Shown: positions 49,989 to 63,166, numbered from the stretch's first letter. The stretch: 64,000 nucleotides of DNA from Octopus vulgaris (GCA_951406725.2 OX597815.1:92566001-92630000); one strand, 5' to 3'. Made by a program: numbers and translations. The notes: generated by a model from the sequence alone, not told the origin.

Positions 49989-51873
49989 GTAATTCATTCT
50001 TTTTTTCATCTCTCTTTGATGTTCTGCTGGAACCAAACAGTTGATCACCAGTCTCTGTGTAGATCTTTTCTGATATTCTAACATTTATAAACAACTTCTT
50101 TACTAGCATCTACAACAACTCCAGATACCAAAGCTGACCTATATTTTGAACATTGTATTAAACTGTTGGTTGAGGGTTACTTTTATATTTTTCCTTAAGG
50201 ATTATTCACAATATTAACTTCTTTGATGGATGTATTAACTTAACAAACTACTTAATCTTTACCTGTTATCAGTTCTGGTCGAAGGGATTATTACACAAGA
50301 TCTACTTCATCAAACCTTTACAGCGTTTCTTTTATATATTCATATTGTTTTCATCAGTAAAGCCTTTGAATGTCTTCAGGTGCCATCTTTTGTAACTTCA
50401 GGCATCATAATTTGCAACTTCGGGTGCCATCTTTTGTTACAGACAAGTTTTTAGTGTCCAACTTGTCTTGAAATATGATTTTTGTTTTGTAACAAGCAAA
50501 TCTTCAAGTAAGCCAATGGAACTAGTGATTCTTAATAATTTTTTTCATTGTGGTACATTTGAGATATAAAAAATACTAGTGCACCTCACATAGAAAGTAA
50601 AAAGTATATAGGAAACTGTTATTTACCTTATTTCTTTAGTCATCATCATCGTTGTTGTCATTTTAATGTCAACTTTTCCATGCTTGCATGGGTCAGAAGA
50701 AATTTGTTGAGCAAGGTTTTTTATGGCTGGATGCCTTTCCTGTTGCCAACTCTCACTTGTTTCCAAATAAGGTAATATTTTCCCATCATATAACATCAAG
50801 ACAAAGAGCCAGCAACACACACACACATGTCTACCAAATCTACTCATAAAGATAGCCAGGAGCTATAGTAGAAGACACTTGCCTAAGGTGTCATGCAATG
50901 GTTGGAAAGCAAATTTCCTGCCACACCTACACCTATGCTTGTGTATAACTATAATAAATAAATACTTTTTAAGACATTCAAGCATTAGTGTAGATTTTCT
51001 AAAGTTTAATTCATATTTTGTTTTAAAATCTGCCACCCACTCTTTGAGAACCACTGCTCTATGCTAGAAATAGCAGTCAAATCTTCATCAATTCACACCA
51101 TATCTTCATAAAACATGGTCATTTTGGATAATGTATTTCTTAGATCATATGTTTCATCATATGTTTCCTGGATCTTTAAGTGTCATTTAATTTAGTATCA
51201 TGAAGTCTTGAGGTGCTACCTTTAGTAACAAACTAATCTGAAATATTGCTCATTTCTCTATAAAAAGTAAGAGATGTCATACACACACACATGCACACAC
51301 ACATATATATATAATTTCACTGACTAGGCCATATTTACAGTATATTTCATCCATTACTGTCACACCTGGCAACTGTTGCTGGCAGCTAACTTCTTAAATC
51401 TAGCTATTTATCTCCTTTTGTATCTAAGTATTGTTCTCTCCCCACACTCTCTCTCTCCTGCTATGTATCAAAGATGGCGTCTGAAGACAGTGGGAATTTG
51501 GATATTTTAACAGCTGAACTATTAGGTTGATAATCAAAACCATAAAAGTTAAAGTTGTTAAAAGTTTAAACAATAATGTATTATTGAGCAATTTTACTTA
51601 CAATTGAATCTAAAAATTGATCTAATCAAAAGAATTCTATTTATTTATTGATTGATTGATTAAAACTAAAATACTGTGATTGGGGCAGTCCGGAGGTCAG
51701 GTTGAAGTGTCAGTTATAATTTCTTTCTAACAATTGCTTCATCAACCTATTTTCCCCTCTCTCTATGTTCTCCTTTTCTACCTGCATTACACTCAGCCCC
51801 GTGTTTAATAATCATGTTCCCTAAACAGCCTCATTAGGTGAAAGTCATTATTGTTCTCTCATTCATCTGCTAG

Positions 51874-51897
51874 GTCCCAGAATGGACATGTCAAGAG
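51874..51897 (+). CDS. Candidate 24-nt RABGAP1 micro-exon (VPEWTCQE)
   Basis: TTGTTCTCTCATTCATCTGCTAG acceptor and GAG|GTAAGT donor; phase 0-0 inside a phase-0 intron. Confidence 0.45.
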
Positions 51898-54429
51898 GTA
51901 AGTGATGTAAAGCCCGCTTCTGTTACCGCTGCACTATATTATATTCCATGTTGTCTCTCAAATCTTGCTGGATGAAGTAACCTCTGAGTAAACTACTTCT
52001 ATCACGCTATAAAATATACTGATCAACTGTAGCAAAATCTTGTAGTTTAAGCTGCTCTCTATGTTATCATTATCACTCATCATACACTCAGTTAGCATTA
52101 TTGTATAATTTTGACTGCTATTTACTTGTTATCATTCTCCCCTATTTGTGCACATGCAGCAATATCACATAGTTTAAGCTGCTTTATATGCTTTCATTAT
52201 CATACTCTAAATTCATGTAGCAACATCACAAAGTTTAGACTGCTCTACATGTTATCATACCTTCATACCTTGCACACTCATATTTCATAGTCTACATGTT
52301 TCTCACACCATACTCTCATATAGTAATGTCACATAGTCTAGTATACTCCATTGCTCTTATATTACTGCCACAGCCTCTCTCCATAGATTGTTGGAAAGAA
52401 AACCTCATTAAAATTGTTGATTGTATTTCTCTGTCCTTATCTCTTTCTCCTCCTATCTCTCTCTTCCCCTTTTCTCTTTCTCCCTCATTCAGTTTATGCA
52501 CACTCTATCTTCCCATCTTTCCTCCCCTAAACTCTCTTATATTTCTTCCTCTGTAACTCTTACAGTGACATATATTATTTCTCTGGAATATTGTTTACTT
52601 TGTTGTAGATTTGTTTCATGTTGTTTGAGGGACTTTAAAAACTTTAGTAGAGTAGTGAGAAAAGCTTGAAGGTAGCATAGATGCTCTGCAGATGAAAGTT
52701 GGTATATTTCAGTACCCTGTAGGGCAATGAACCACTGTACCATTTGGAGCAAGGAATATGGTAGAATGTAGACAGTGGATGTAGTATATATCAGTCCTAC
52801 GTAGGGTAGTGCATAGTAGCAGTATGTAGGATAATGAATGTGGTATACAATTAGTGCTATGTTGAGAAATATGATGATATGTAGGGAAGTGAATGTTGAT
52901 TCATGGAAGGTAGTAACTGTAATGCTACAGAGGGCAGTAGATGTGATGACATATAAAGACAGTTGATCTGTTTCTGTAAATTATAATCTTGAGAATCATT
53001 TGTGAGGAAGTACATTGTAATGAATGTTTTGTAATGAAGTATATTGATAATAATTCTGAGTAGCAGAGGAAGAATGGACTGACCTCAGGGCTGAATTTAA
53101 AGAAAAATATAGGGCTAAAATAAATCATTAAGTTGATGCAGAGGTAAGATTGTTGAAATTGATAGCTGCTAGAAACAAACTTGATGCCTGTGATCTAGCA
53201 GTTCAAATCCTGTGTAGACCAGATTAAACTTTCATTTGCCCATAATTGTTGGAGTAGGGTCTAGAGTGGTTAAGGCATGGCAGTGTATGTGTGGAGGATG
53301 GTGGAGGTCGTGTAATAATTAAATAAAATCTATGCAAAGAGAAGAGATATACTAAAGATAGGCTGTTTTACACTCAGACCCAAGAGTCACCACTAGCTTT
53401 ATGTAGAAACTAACTGGAGAGGGAATCTATGTAATGTTACTGTTTAACCATTTTATTGAATTTATTTTTATCAAGACACTGATTTTGTTTCAATAAATTT
53501 TCAAAATAATGAAAAATTTGGAGGGGATTTTGACAAAAAATACTGTAACTATTATATTAAGGTAATGGTATCTGGTGCACAATATAGTCTTACAACAAAC
53601 TCTAAAGGAACTACTTGAATATTGTTGTATCATTAATATAATAACAATATTTTGATTGAGATTTTTCATTTAAATATGAACACTTCTTACAAGTAGTTCC
53701 AAAAGGGTTGGTAACAGGGACTAGATGCAGTTTTGGACAGGTTAACTGTAAAAGAATCAAGCACATCTTCTTTCAGTTGTGCATGAACTCTATTATTTAT
53801 TTACTGTTAATTATTTGGATGGATATGAGATCTTTAACATAATCATTTACTACCTTGCTTTTTCAATATTTTCAGTTACTGATTAATATATTTCTCTGAG
53901 AAATATTGGCTTTAGAAAGGAGGTATAGTTGAGTAGTTGTAGGGCTTAATTAACATTTCTTGGTTTCAAACTTTGAAAGATAACTGATGAATAGATATCT
54001 TTGTTTTTCCTGGGTTTCAGATCTAGTATAAACTGTATTAATACCAAGAACTGGGACAAACCATGTTAACCTGGAGAACTAGAACAAATTATGCTTATAT
54101 GGAAAATTAGGACAAAGCAAGTTAACATAGAGAGCTAGGACTAGGACAAATTGTACTAACACAAAAATCTAGGTCAGACCATGTTAACTTGGACAAAGTT
54201 AATTAATATGGAGAAGTAATCATTGGTTAAATGATCCTGTAAATTTGAATTGGTGAAACATTTGTTTTATAGGTGAGCTTTTCCCTACTAACATGAGGTG
54301 ATTCACAGTTTCAGCTAGATTGACTGAGTTACAGAGAGTAGAGTGTTGCTGCTACAGCATTTTAAACCACCTATCTTCAAGTCAAAGTTTTACTGTTGCC
54401 ATGTATCTCTTATGTTAGGATATGTTTAA

Positions 54430-54658
54430 CACTTTTGTTTTTGTATTTCTGTTGAAATATATTACCTTTCTTTCAGTCAATTTTGAAAGTAATGGAAAAT
54501 TTAATAAAATAACTTTCTCGTTATTAACATGGAATTTGGAACATAAGATAACATGAAATTTTACTGGAAGTTTTTTTTTTTTAGTTAACTTTTAAACAGG
54601 AAGTTTGTATCATAAATTCATGGGTGGTGGGTGTTGAGCATGTTGATATCAAAAAGGA
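54430..54658. mobile_element. piggyBac-type MITE, related to 2885-3074
   Basis: TTAA-flanked; shares TGTTGAAATA...TTTCA.TCAATTTTGAAA and GATATCAAAAAGG. Another degenerate copy is at about 53447-53750. Confidence 0.55.
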
Positions 54659-55970
54659 TTAAAAAATGAGATTTTAGAGAGCTTAAGAAATATATTGATT
54701 TCTGTTTTTCAAATTATTTGTTTATCTTAGATGTGTTATTGATATGTTTCAGTCAGTATAATTCCCACTATCTTTTTTTCTCAACCATATCACATGTTCT
54801 AATCACTTGCCTGCTATTCTGAATGATGAATTTAGTCATTTTAATGTATTTAAGCTTTAGACCTTTAAGCATTTTGCCACCATATAACAGACTCTATAGA
54901 ACTTAAGTCTAATGTTTAGTAGGCTAAGTGATTAAAGCTGCAGGCCCAGTTAATAAAATTAAATTTTTAGTTTTAATCCTTGGAGTAACTTTGAATATTC
55001 ACCTAAAGATGATTGGAGATAATATTGCTTGAAATATGTCAGCCATGTAGTCAAGATGAAGGAACTGTCTAACAAATATATATCACTTCAAAACTCTTCT
55101 CAAAAATTTATGTAGCTAATATATATATATGTGTGTATATATATAGTGTTGAAACAAACAGTAATTTATCAGTTCTGCTGTGTTGATTATAAGGATATTA
55201 TAGTTGTTTCCCACTGTCAAGTAACAATATACCCTTTGCCATTTCTATAACAACCACGTTGTATTTTGTGGTCAGGAAGCTTTTTAATACATATCATACA
55301 TGCTTACTTATGTTTGTTTCTATGGAAGAAAAAGAACTTGTGTGTGTGTGTGTGTGTTAAGAAATATGCTTTGTGTTTATACAATCAATTGTGTTGTATG
55401 TTTGTTAACATTGTTTTGTAAGAGTGTATGTGTGTATATATATCATCATCATCATCATCATCGTTTAACGTCCGTTTTCCGTGCTTATGTATGAGTAGTT
55501 AGTGTGTGTATGTGTATGTGTTTATATATATATATATAGTGTGTGTGTGTGTTTGTATACACACACACAAACACCACACAACTATATAACAAGGGAATTG
55601 TTAGATGCTTCAGAAGTATGTTGTTGCTCGTATTTGGCCTTGTTTTGCAAGACAAATCCATATGTGTCTGCATGTGCATGTTTCTCTGTATGTCTATACT
55701 CCATACAATAGATCTACATCTGTATTGGCTTCAGTCCCTGTTTATTGTTGCTTGTTAGTTGTTGTATATATTTGTTGTTATTGTTATATGTGATGTTTAT
55801 TGTTGAATTTGATGTTATTGTTGCATTTCATGTTATTGTTTAGTTTTCTTCTATAATCTTCACTCTCCAGCCACATGATAATTTTCTCCTTATTCTTGTT
55901 TTATCTCAAGACTATTACTGTCAAATTTGGCTTAAGTATTCCTTTTTTTTCTTCCTCCTCCCTTTAACAG

Positions 55971-56130
55971 ATGGAGGGTTCCATGCCTTGTGAATCAAAA
56001 TATGAAGTAATCACTGTTGAGAGCCAAACCGAGATTGACAGGAAGAAAACTGGTCTTGGACTTGGTCTTACTACAAGTAAACATCTTCATGAAGATATTC
56101 AAACTCCTCAGGAACCTGATGAGGAATCTG
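55971..56130 (+). CDS. RABGAP1: RABGAP1 exon (linker)
   Basis: Long pyrimidine tract plus AACAG, CTG|GTATTT donor, phase 0-1. MEGSMPCESKYEVITVES...PDEES. Confidence 0.85.
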
Positions 56131-56447
56131 GTATTTATTCCTTTATTCAGTTGTTTCAATGTTTCTCCATGACAGATCTGTTCACTTTGTTTCTGCTCTT
56201 TTGATATTACCATTACTATCACTGTCATCATCATCATCATCATCATCATCAGCAACATCATCACCATCGCTGCCACCACCACCACCACCAACAACAAAAA
56301 CAACAACAACAATCCTTAACACACACCCACCTTCAAGTCTTTTGAAGTATTTTTTCATAAGCCTTTCCATAGTTTTAATGTCCCTATTTGAGGTTTATGG
56401 AGCAGAATGTAAATATCTATAAATGTTTTCTTTGTTTCTATCTCTAG

Positions 56448-56695
56448 ATGGAGATGAACCCTTACTGAGTGGTTCTGGAGCTGTAAGTAAAGATGTTACT
56501 GACGAGAATATACTGGAGGCTTGGCACGATGTTCTCACAAAATGGCACCAAAACCTCTCAATGCGACCCAAACAGGTTTCAACTCTTGCACGCAAAGGTA
56601 TCCCTGAGGCATTGCGTGGAGAAGTTTGGCAGCTGCTGGCTGGCTGTGACAACAACATAGAACTTTTAGAAGCATATAGAATTCTTATAACAAAG
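56448..56695 (+). CDS. RABGAP1: RABGAP1 exon (TBC domain start)
   Basis: TCTCTAG acceptor, AAG|GTAAGA donor, phase 1-0. DGDEPLLSGSGAVSKD...GIPEALRGEVWQLLAG...YRILITK. Confidence 0.95.
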
Positions 56696-56789
56696 GTAAG
56701 AATTTACAAAAATTTACAATTGGCACCACCTAATACATGTTTCCCCATACTACAACATTGTCACCAATCAATGCTAGGTGGCGAAGATC

Positions 56790-57903
56790 TTCAATAAGCA
56801 AGGGACATCAAAACTCAAAATTGAATAACTTATATGCTGGCACATGGACCTCTCAGACATAAATTGCACAATCTCCTGTAGACCAGGAACTCAAAACAAA
56901 GCAGCAGATATGCTATCAAGATGTGCAGCAACAGGAGACACTACAACACTAATAACCCTTCACAAACTACTATGCCATCCAGGAATGACCCGTCCACTTC
57001 ACTGCTGTAAAGTACGAAACCTGTCATTCTCCCTCAATGAAATAAGTGAAATGACGCTTGCTCTACATGCAACAAACTCAAACTCCACTTCCACAAACCA
57101 CTTATGGGTCAATTAATACAGGCATCGAGGCCTTGGAAGTGCCTTCATGAAGACCATAAATCTAGCCCTTAGTTCACTACAACTAGATAAAAGACAATGG
57201 TTGACAGTTCTTCCTATGGCACTATCAGCCATGAGAGGACTCCTCTGTACAGCTACCAACATAACCCCTCATGAGCGAATGTTTAAATTTTCAAGATCAT
57301 CGACAGTGGGAACCATTCTACTTGAATTCCTCCAGAATATCAGAAGCACAATACTACATCATCAATATCTCAGAAATAAGTGGGGTCCACTTGTAGAAAA
57401 TGTTAAATTGTTGGAGACGATTTCTCCCCATTTTGCACGCATACAATTTGGAAACGGATAAGTAGATACAGTGTCAACACACAATCTCACTCCAACAGGA
57501 CAATCTTTCAATCAAGGAAGTAAAGATAGCACACAAACACAACCAGGGCTAACTACACAAATAGAGTTTGATACAGAACAACAAAATCCACAAATAATAA
57601 ATCAACAAGGAACCAACCCAATAGAAGCAATGTATCAACAAAGAAACAGAGCTCACAGTCCGGCACCTGAAAACATGAGCAGATTAGCAACCGGTGAAGA
57701 ATGCCTGAATGAGAATAATAAGGGTAACAAAACTTGTGAAGAATACCTGAATGAGAATAATACAGGCAACAAAATACCAACTATTCAAGGACAAAAAGAG
57801 ACAAGAAAACTGAGATCAGGGCGAATTATCAAGGCCCCTTTTTATCTAAAGGACTATATGCATTGAATGCATTGTGACTAACTTTTCACTCAGCTGGGAA
57901 TAC
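56790..57903 (+). mobile_element. Degenerate Gypsy pol 3' remnant (RNase H end and integrase)
   Basis: RPGTQNKAADMLSR, HKLLCHPG, WLTVLPMALSAMRGLLCTATNITPHERMF and LRSGRIIKAPFYLKDY across broken ORFs. Confidence 0.8.
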
Positions 57904-58152
57904 TGTTATGAATTATAATATCATATCATTAATTCCTTTCTACAATAGTAAATAATAGATGAAAATATAAATATCTTATTTTGTATTGAGTACAAAAATG
58001 CGGTATAGTGTCGAGTGACGTTGATAGATGGATACTGACTTTACTTAATATAAATCAACGCATCTTAATCAGTGGACAGCCATGATTAATTGATTAGATG
58101 GCAAGCAGAAATAAAGTTTGAATAAAAGCCTTCTTTGAATTGGTTTATGACA
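57904..58152 (+). repeat. Probable 3' LTR of the degenerate Gypsy
   Basis: TGTTATGAA...TTTATGACA termini after a purine-rich GGGAA; AATAAA near 58110 and 58121. No partner LTR seen. Confidence 0.5.
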
Positions 58153-58827
58153 TGCTAAAAATATACAAGCTCTCATCAAAATCTCAAAACAAAAAGATAA
58201 TGCATGAGTAATTCAAAATAATGTGAATAAATAAGCATTACATTAAGCAAAATAATCTGAATGCTAAAGTGTTAAACATTCTTTGGATGAATGTATACCT
58301 GTTTCAAATACTGGGTTACTGAAGGCTACAGTTAGTAGGATGCCTCATGTAGGTAGAGCTTAAATTTCTATATTTTCCATGTAGTATTGATCCATAGCTA
58401 TTGGTCTGACTATTTAGTTTCCAGTTAGATTGTGTAGTCACTGGTCTGATTGACCTTACTGTATAGTCATATAATCACTGATATGACTATGCAGTGACAT
58501 AATCACTTGATTGTAGGGCTATTAACTTGACTAGTTACCGACTGAACTCTGATATCATTAATGTTTTATGTCTTATGAGAATCTTCCAGTTATTTCTTTA
58601 AGTGAACATTTCATGTCAGATAATTCCCATAACAGTAATAATAACTGATTGTATATTAATGTTAAAAAATAGATAAATCACTATGGTTAATTACTCAGAA
58701 ATGCTACCTGCATAAAAATATTTGTTAAATTTGTGTCAACATATTAAAGAATATAATTATAAATAATTTGGTGAATAAAAGACAATATTAGCTGTTAATG
58801 TTTAATATTATTTTAATATGAAAAACA

Positions 58828-58870
58828 ACTTCAGACATGTTTCCATCTTATAAGACCTCTTCAGTGAAGT
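58828..58870 (-). ncRNA. Minimal type I hammerhead ribozyme-like relic
   Basis: Minus strand ACTTCA CTGAAGA GGTCTTATAAGATG GAAAC ATGTC TGAAGT; stem II closing pair is mismatched. Confidence 0.5.
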
Positions 58871-58901
58871 ATATAAACTTATTTGAATAATTCTTTTCCA
58901 G

Positions 58902-59015
58902 GAATCCCCAAATGAGCAAGTTATTTTAAGAGATATCAACAGAACATTTCCTGCTCATGACTTTTTCAAAGAATCTGGAGGAGTTGGTCAAGATTCTTTA
59001 TATAAAATCAGCAAA
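58902..59015 (+). CDS. RABGAP1: RABGAP1 exon (TBC arginine finger)
   Basis: TTTTCCAG acceptor, AAA|GTAAGA donor, phase 0-0. ESPNEQVILRDINRTFPAHDFFKESGGVGQDSLYKISK (IxxDxxR motif). Confidence 0.96.
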
Positions 59016-59752
59016 GTAAGATTTCATTCTCAAATTGTCAACTGAGTTTTTGCTTTCTTTTGATGAAAATTGGGAGAGAAACATCCTATATAAATATCTT
59101 AATATTATAACCTTTATGAGAGAAAGGGTGGGTTAAATGTTTCATGTAAGATTTAATGTTTAGTGAGATGTGAATACACAATTAGTCAATTGTGTATTCA
59201 CATCTCACTAAACATCTGTTAGTTATATATAAATCTGTTAGTTATATATAACTACCACAATATCACACCGATATCTACCACTTGTTATTGACAAAGAATA
59301 TCTACCACATCAAATTTGTAACCTTCATTAAATTATAAGATATCTGCTTTGATTGTTCTTCTTTGAATTTGTAAAATTAACCCACTCATGGCAGAAGGAA
59401 AATGGTTGAGAAACAAATGCATAGGATTGATTTTTCTCTTTCAAGGAGATAATATAAACTAAACTCTCTACATTTCCATTTTTTAATGATCCCTTATTCA
59501 TTTAGCATTTGTTTTCACATGCTAGCATGGCTTAAACAGGAATGGTATCTGAGGAAAGATTTTATGACCAGATGCTTTTCCTGTCACCAATCCTTACTTA
59601 TTTCCTTTTGTTTCAAGTAAGGGATTACTAGTTACACACTGACACAGACACATCATGCATATATGTCTATCAGAATATACACAAGTTTTACATTTCTTAA
59701 TATACTTCCTATTTGATTGTTCACTAAGTGATTTTTGTGATTTCTGTTCTAG

Positions 59753-59827
59753 GCCTACTCTGTTTATGATGAAGAAGTTGGATACTGCCAAGGTTTATCT
59801 TTTCTTGCTGCTGCGTTATTATTACAT
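59753..59827 (+). CDS. RABGAP1: RABGAP1 exon (TBC glutamine finger)
   Basis: TTCTAG acceptor, CAT|GTGAGT donor. AYSVYDEEVGYCQGLSFLAAALLLH (YxQ motif). Confidence 0.96.
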
Positions 59828-59894
59828 GTGAGTTTACTGGGTTTTTTTTTTTACCTAATACTATTAATAGCTATCTCCAGCTATCTATTTAAAA

Positions 59895-60502
59895 CTGTAT
59901 ATGACTATGGTTTGTTCACACTTAGAATTTGCATCACCAGTCTGGAACCACAGTCTTGTTCAGCATATCAATCTTCTGGAAACTGTTTAAAAGCATGCAA
60001 CCAGATGAATACCCACTGTCAGGCATCTACCATACTCTGAACATCCTGCATCCCTGGGCATGGGCACATTAAAACTCCAACATTTGGCAAATGACTTGGT
60101 AGACACCCACATGATGATCCACCATCTTTCCAACAATGACTTTGAGCACCTTTTTGAATTATATATATATATAACATTTGTGGACATGTTTACAAAATCA
60201 GAAGACAACACAGCACCCATGACTTTTGGAAGCATTTTTTCATGCTCAGAATTGCTGAAGCATGGACTAAATTACTCACATCAGTAGTTGGCTGTTGAGA
60301 CACTGCATCCTTTAAAACTTCCACCCTTTCTGAAATTTGCCAACAGTACCCCTGATACCCTCCACCCCTATTTTTTTTAACAACTTATTCACTGTTCACT
60401 TCTTGCACATTATTCTGTGTATTATTCATGCACTTTTGGCTACCTTTTCTGATGAGTTGCAGTGCATCTAAGCACTGTATGCAATACGTTCATTATTATT
60501 AC
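59895..60502 (+). mobile_element. CR1-clade LINE 3' remnant
   Basis: YSEHPASLGMGTLKLQHLANDLVDTHMMI (cf. YEERL..LGL.TL..RRL.GDLI) and HFFMLRIAEAWTKL (cf. FFS.RV...WN.LP); (ATT)n tail. Confidence 0.7.
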
Positions 60503-61899
60503 TGTTATCAGATTGTTACCACTCCTTACATTGATTTCAGTGTCTAAATTGTTGCCAATGAATCTATTGCAATTCAACTAAGTAAGTTGAAGTAAGTAGA
60601 CAACTAATTCCAGTTGTCTACTTACTGCTACTTAACTCCATCCATGATGTTTCCTTGACTCTTCCAGTGTTTCTTTGTTTATTCTGATGTGTCCCTGTCA
60701 CAAACTATAGCTCTCTATTCAATTAAAGCTTGTGTAAGAAGTGTGATGCTATATGCCTGACATGGATGATGACTGGTTGATCAGCTGAGGCTAGAAAAAA
60801 ACAAGAAATCATTGTGTATGTCATATTAATCTACACAGAAGAGGAAACATATGAGTGAGAGAGTAGCAGAGCATTAAAGATACAAGCTGATAAATGCAAG
60901 AGAGATAACTATGGTGGCATCTTCTCTCCTTTTATTAGTTTTCATCTGCTTTTCCATCTGGCATGGGATAAACAGGTTTATTATGAACCAAATCAATTCT
61001 CATTTGGAGATGATACCCTCTCAAATATCTTTGGAACCATGTTTCACCTATACATTTAATTTTTGGTATATTTCTATGGCTAGACTCCCTTCCTGTTCTC
61101 AATCTTTATGCTGTATATTGAATGTATTTTATAGTGGCACTAGTACTAGAGAAGTTGCTACAAGACCAAAGAGTCCACTCTAACCTATATTGTCTCCATT
61201 CATTTGTTCACTAGCACCAGACAGTTGTCTCATCCTTGGCAATAGAAGTGAGAGTGAGAGAATGATGAAAGAGAGCCAGAGTGAGAGGGTGATGGGGCAG
61301 AGAGTAATGGGAGGGAATGAATGTGACAGAAGCAAGAGGACACAGAGGAGAGATAGTGAAGGGAGAGAGATAGACAGAGAAAGTGGTAGATAGTTACATG
61401 ATGATTGTTAGTAATGAAATAGGATAGAAATAGCATGATGGAAGATGAGAACAAGCTGGGAGGGAAATAAAGTAAAAGAAACGAGAGTACAAGAAGTGGG
61501 AGAGAGTAATGGTTAGTGATAAAAAAGGAGTAATTAAATACAGTGTGATGTCATTCCACTGTACACAGGTGGCATGATAAGAGAGAGATATTGATGGTGG
61601 GATATCACTATCCCTCTCCTACCATTCCACCTGTGATAGAGTAGGGGGTGAGAGACAGATAAGAGAGAATGAAAGAGAGTGAGGAGGGAGATTAATATAT
61701 GGTATCTTAATATGAATATAATATTCAGTTGGGAATCAAATGTAGATATTTTACACCCTAATGTCCAGCAAGAACCACCTTCACCATCACCACCACTATC
61801 TTCCTTCATTATCATATCCATTGTCTTCCTTCATTTGGCAGATCTTCCTCCACAGTACAGTACAACACCATAAGTTGCAGCTCTTTGTCTTTTCCTTCA

Positions 61900-62140
61900 T
61901 AGGGTGCAGCCTTTTGATATCAGGTTTTGCCACTTTGTCCCATGTCTCCTTTGGCTTCCCACTTCCATAGATTCTGTCCCATTGAAGTGCTCAGCATTTT
62001 TTTTTATACAACTGGTATTCTCTGCATGTATTACATGTTCTTACCAATATAGTCTTCTCTCTTGCACACTACATCTGTTTTCATGCATAACCTTGTTTTT
62101 TTCTTAGCTCATTGTTCTCTTTTCTTCATATTACATTACT
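61900..62140 (-). mobile_element. RTE LINE 3' fragment
   Basis: Reverse complement resembles 30040-30200 (AGATGTAGTGTGCAA...ACATGGGAC.AAGTGG). Confidence 0.55.
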
Positions 62141-62362
62141 TTAAATAATTTTAGCAAAAAAATGACACAGGAGATAACTTTGCAATTTAAATTTTAATTA
62201 CAAAGAGAATGCAGCTGGAAATTAGCCTGAACTGCAGCAGTATAGTGACAACTCTGAACATGTTTTGGTATTGTTACACATCATCAGCAAAGCATAGTCT
62301 AACTAATACTACCTTTATACTCCTAAGCTAAATTTGGTCATTGGTGATTTTGTTAAATTCTA

Positions 62363-62921
62363 TCTGGTCATCCCATAAGTTCTCTCCGATTTTACCTTTT
62401 TTAAAATTGAATAAAATTTAATAGTATTTTAGAATGTCTAATGGAATTAAAATTATTTTTATGCATTTGTGTACATTTAAACTCATTAAATATTATTTTA
62501 CAGAATAATAGAATTCAAATTTCTTTAGTGAATCGAAAAGGAGTGATGTTTCATCGGGACAATGCGCGACCCCACACTGATAAGATCACATCACAGATCG
62601 AAGAGCTTGGTTGGGAAAAAATTCCTCATCCACCTTATTCTCCCGACCTTGCTCCTTCAGACTACCATTTGTTTTGTAGTTTACAGAATCATTTGGAGGA
62701 CATAACTTTTGCAAGCCAGGAGGAGATCAAAACTGACATTTCAGAGTTCTTCCCTTTGAAACCAAAAGAGTTTTACATTGATGGGATTAAAAAGCTTGTA
62801 AATAGGTGGAAGGAAGTCATAGATAATCAGGGAAAGTACATTGATGATTAAATTTCAATTAAATATTTGATCACTTGTTTTCTTTATTCAAAATTCGGAC
62901 AGAACTTATGGGATGACTTGA
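62363..62921 (+). mobile_element. Internally deleted mariner transposon
   Basis: TA-flanked ~30-bp TIRs (TCTGGTCATCCCATAAGTTCTCTCCGA / TCGGACAGAACTTATGGGATGACTTGA). ORF has FHRDNARPH and PPYSPDLAPSDYHLF (D34D C-terminus only). Confidence 0.92.
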
Positions 62922-63166
62922 TATGTCCAAAACATTCTGATTTTGCTAAATCTATTTTTGTTACACCATTCATAGCTTCTGGTATACATGACCCTATTAT
63001 ACTTTTATGTTGTATATATATTTATGTTACTTACAGCAACATATATTACCTCAGTAGTATATACTTCTCCAATTTTTGTCACATTTATCCATGTCTCAAG
63101 TCTCTGCTAAATCTGTTTTTTACACCAGTTTTGTAGATCATCAATTGTTGATTGATTTTATTCCAG

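Noticed and set aside
55995-56422. Poly-S/P/T or poly-M/V/D ORFs
   Set aside because: (CAT)n/(CAC)n/(CAA)n triplet repeats in the 317-nt intron between two RABGAP1 exons.
62441-62851. SETMAR-like domesticated gene
   Set aside because: Only the transposase C-terminus inside a 559-bp TIR-bounded deleted mariner; no SET domain and no splice link.
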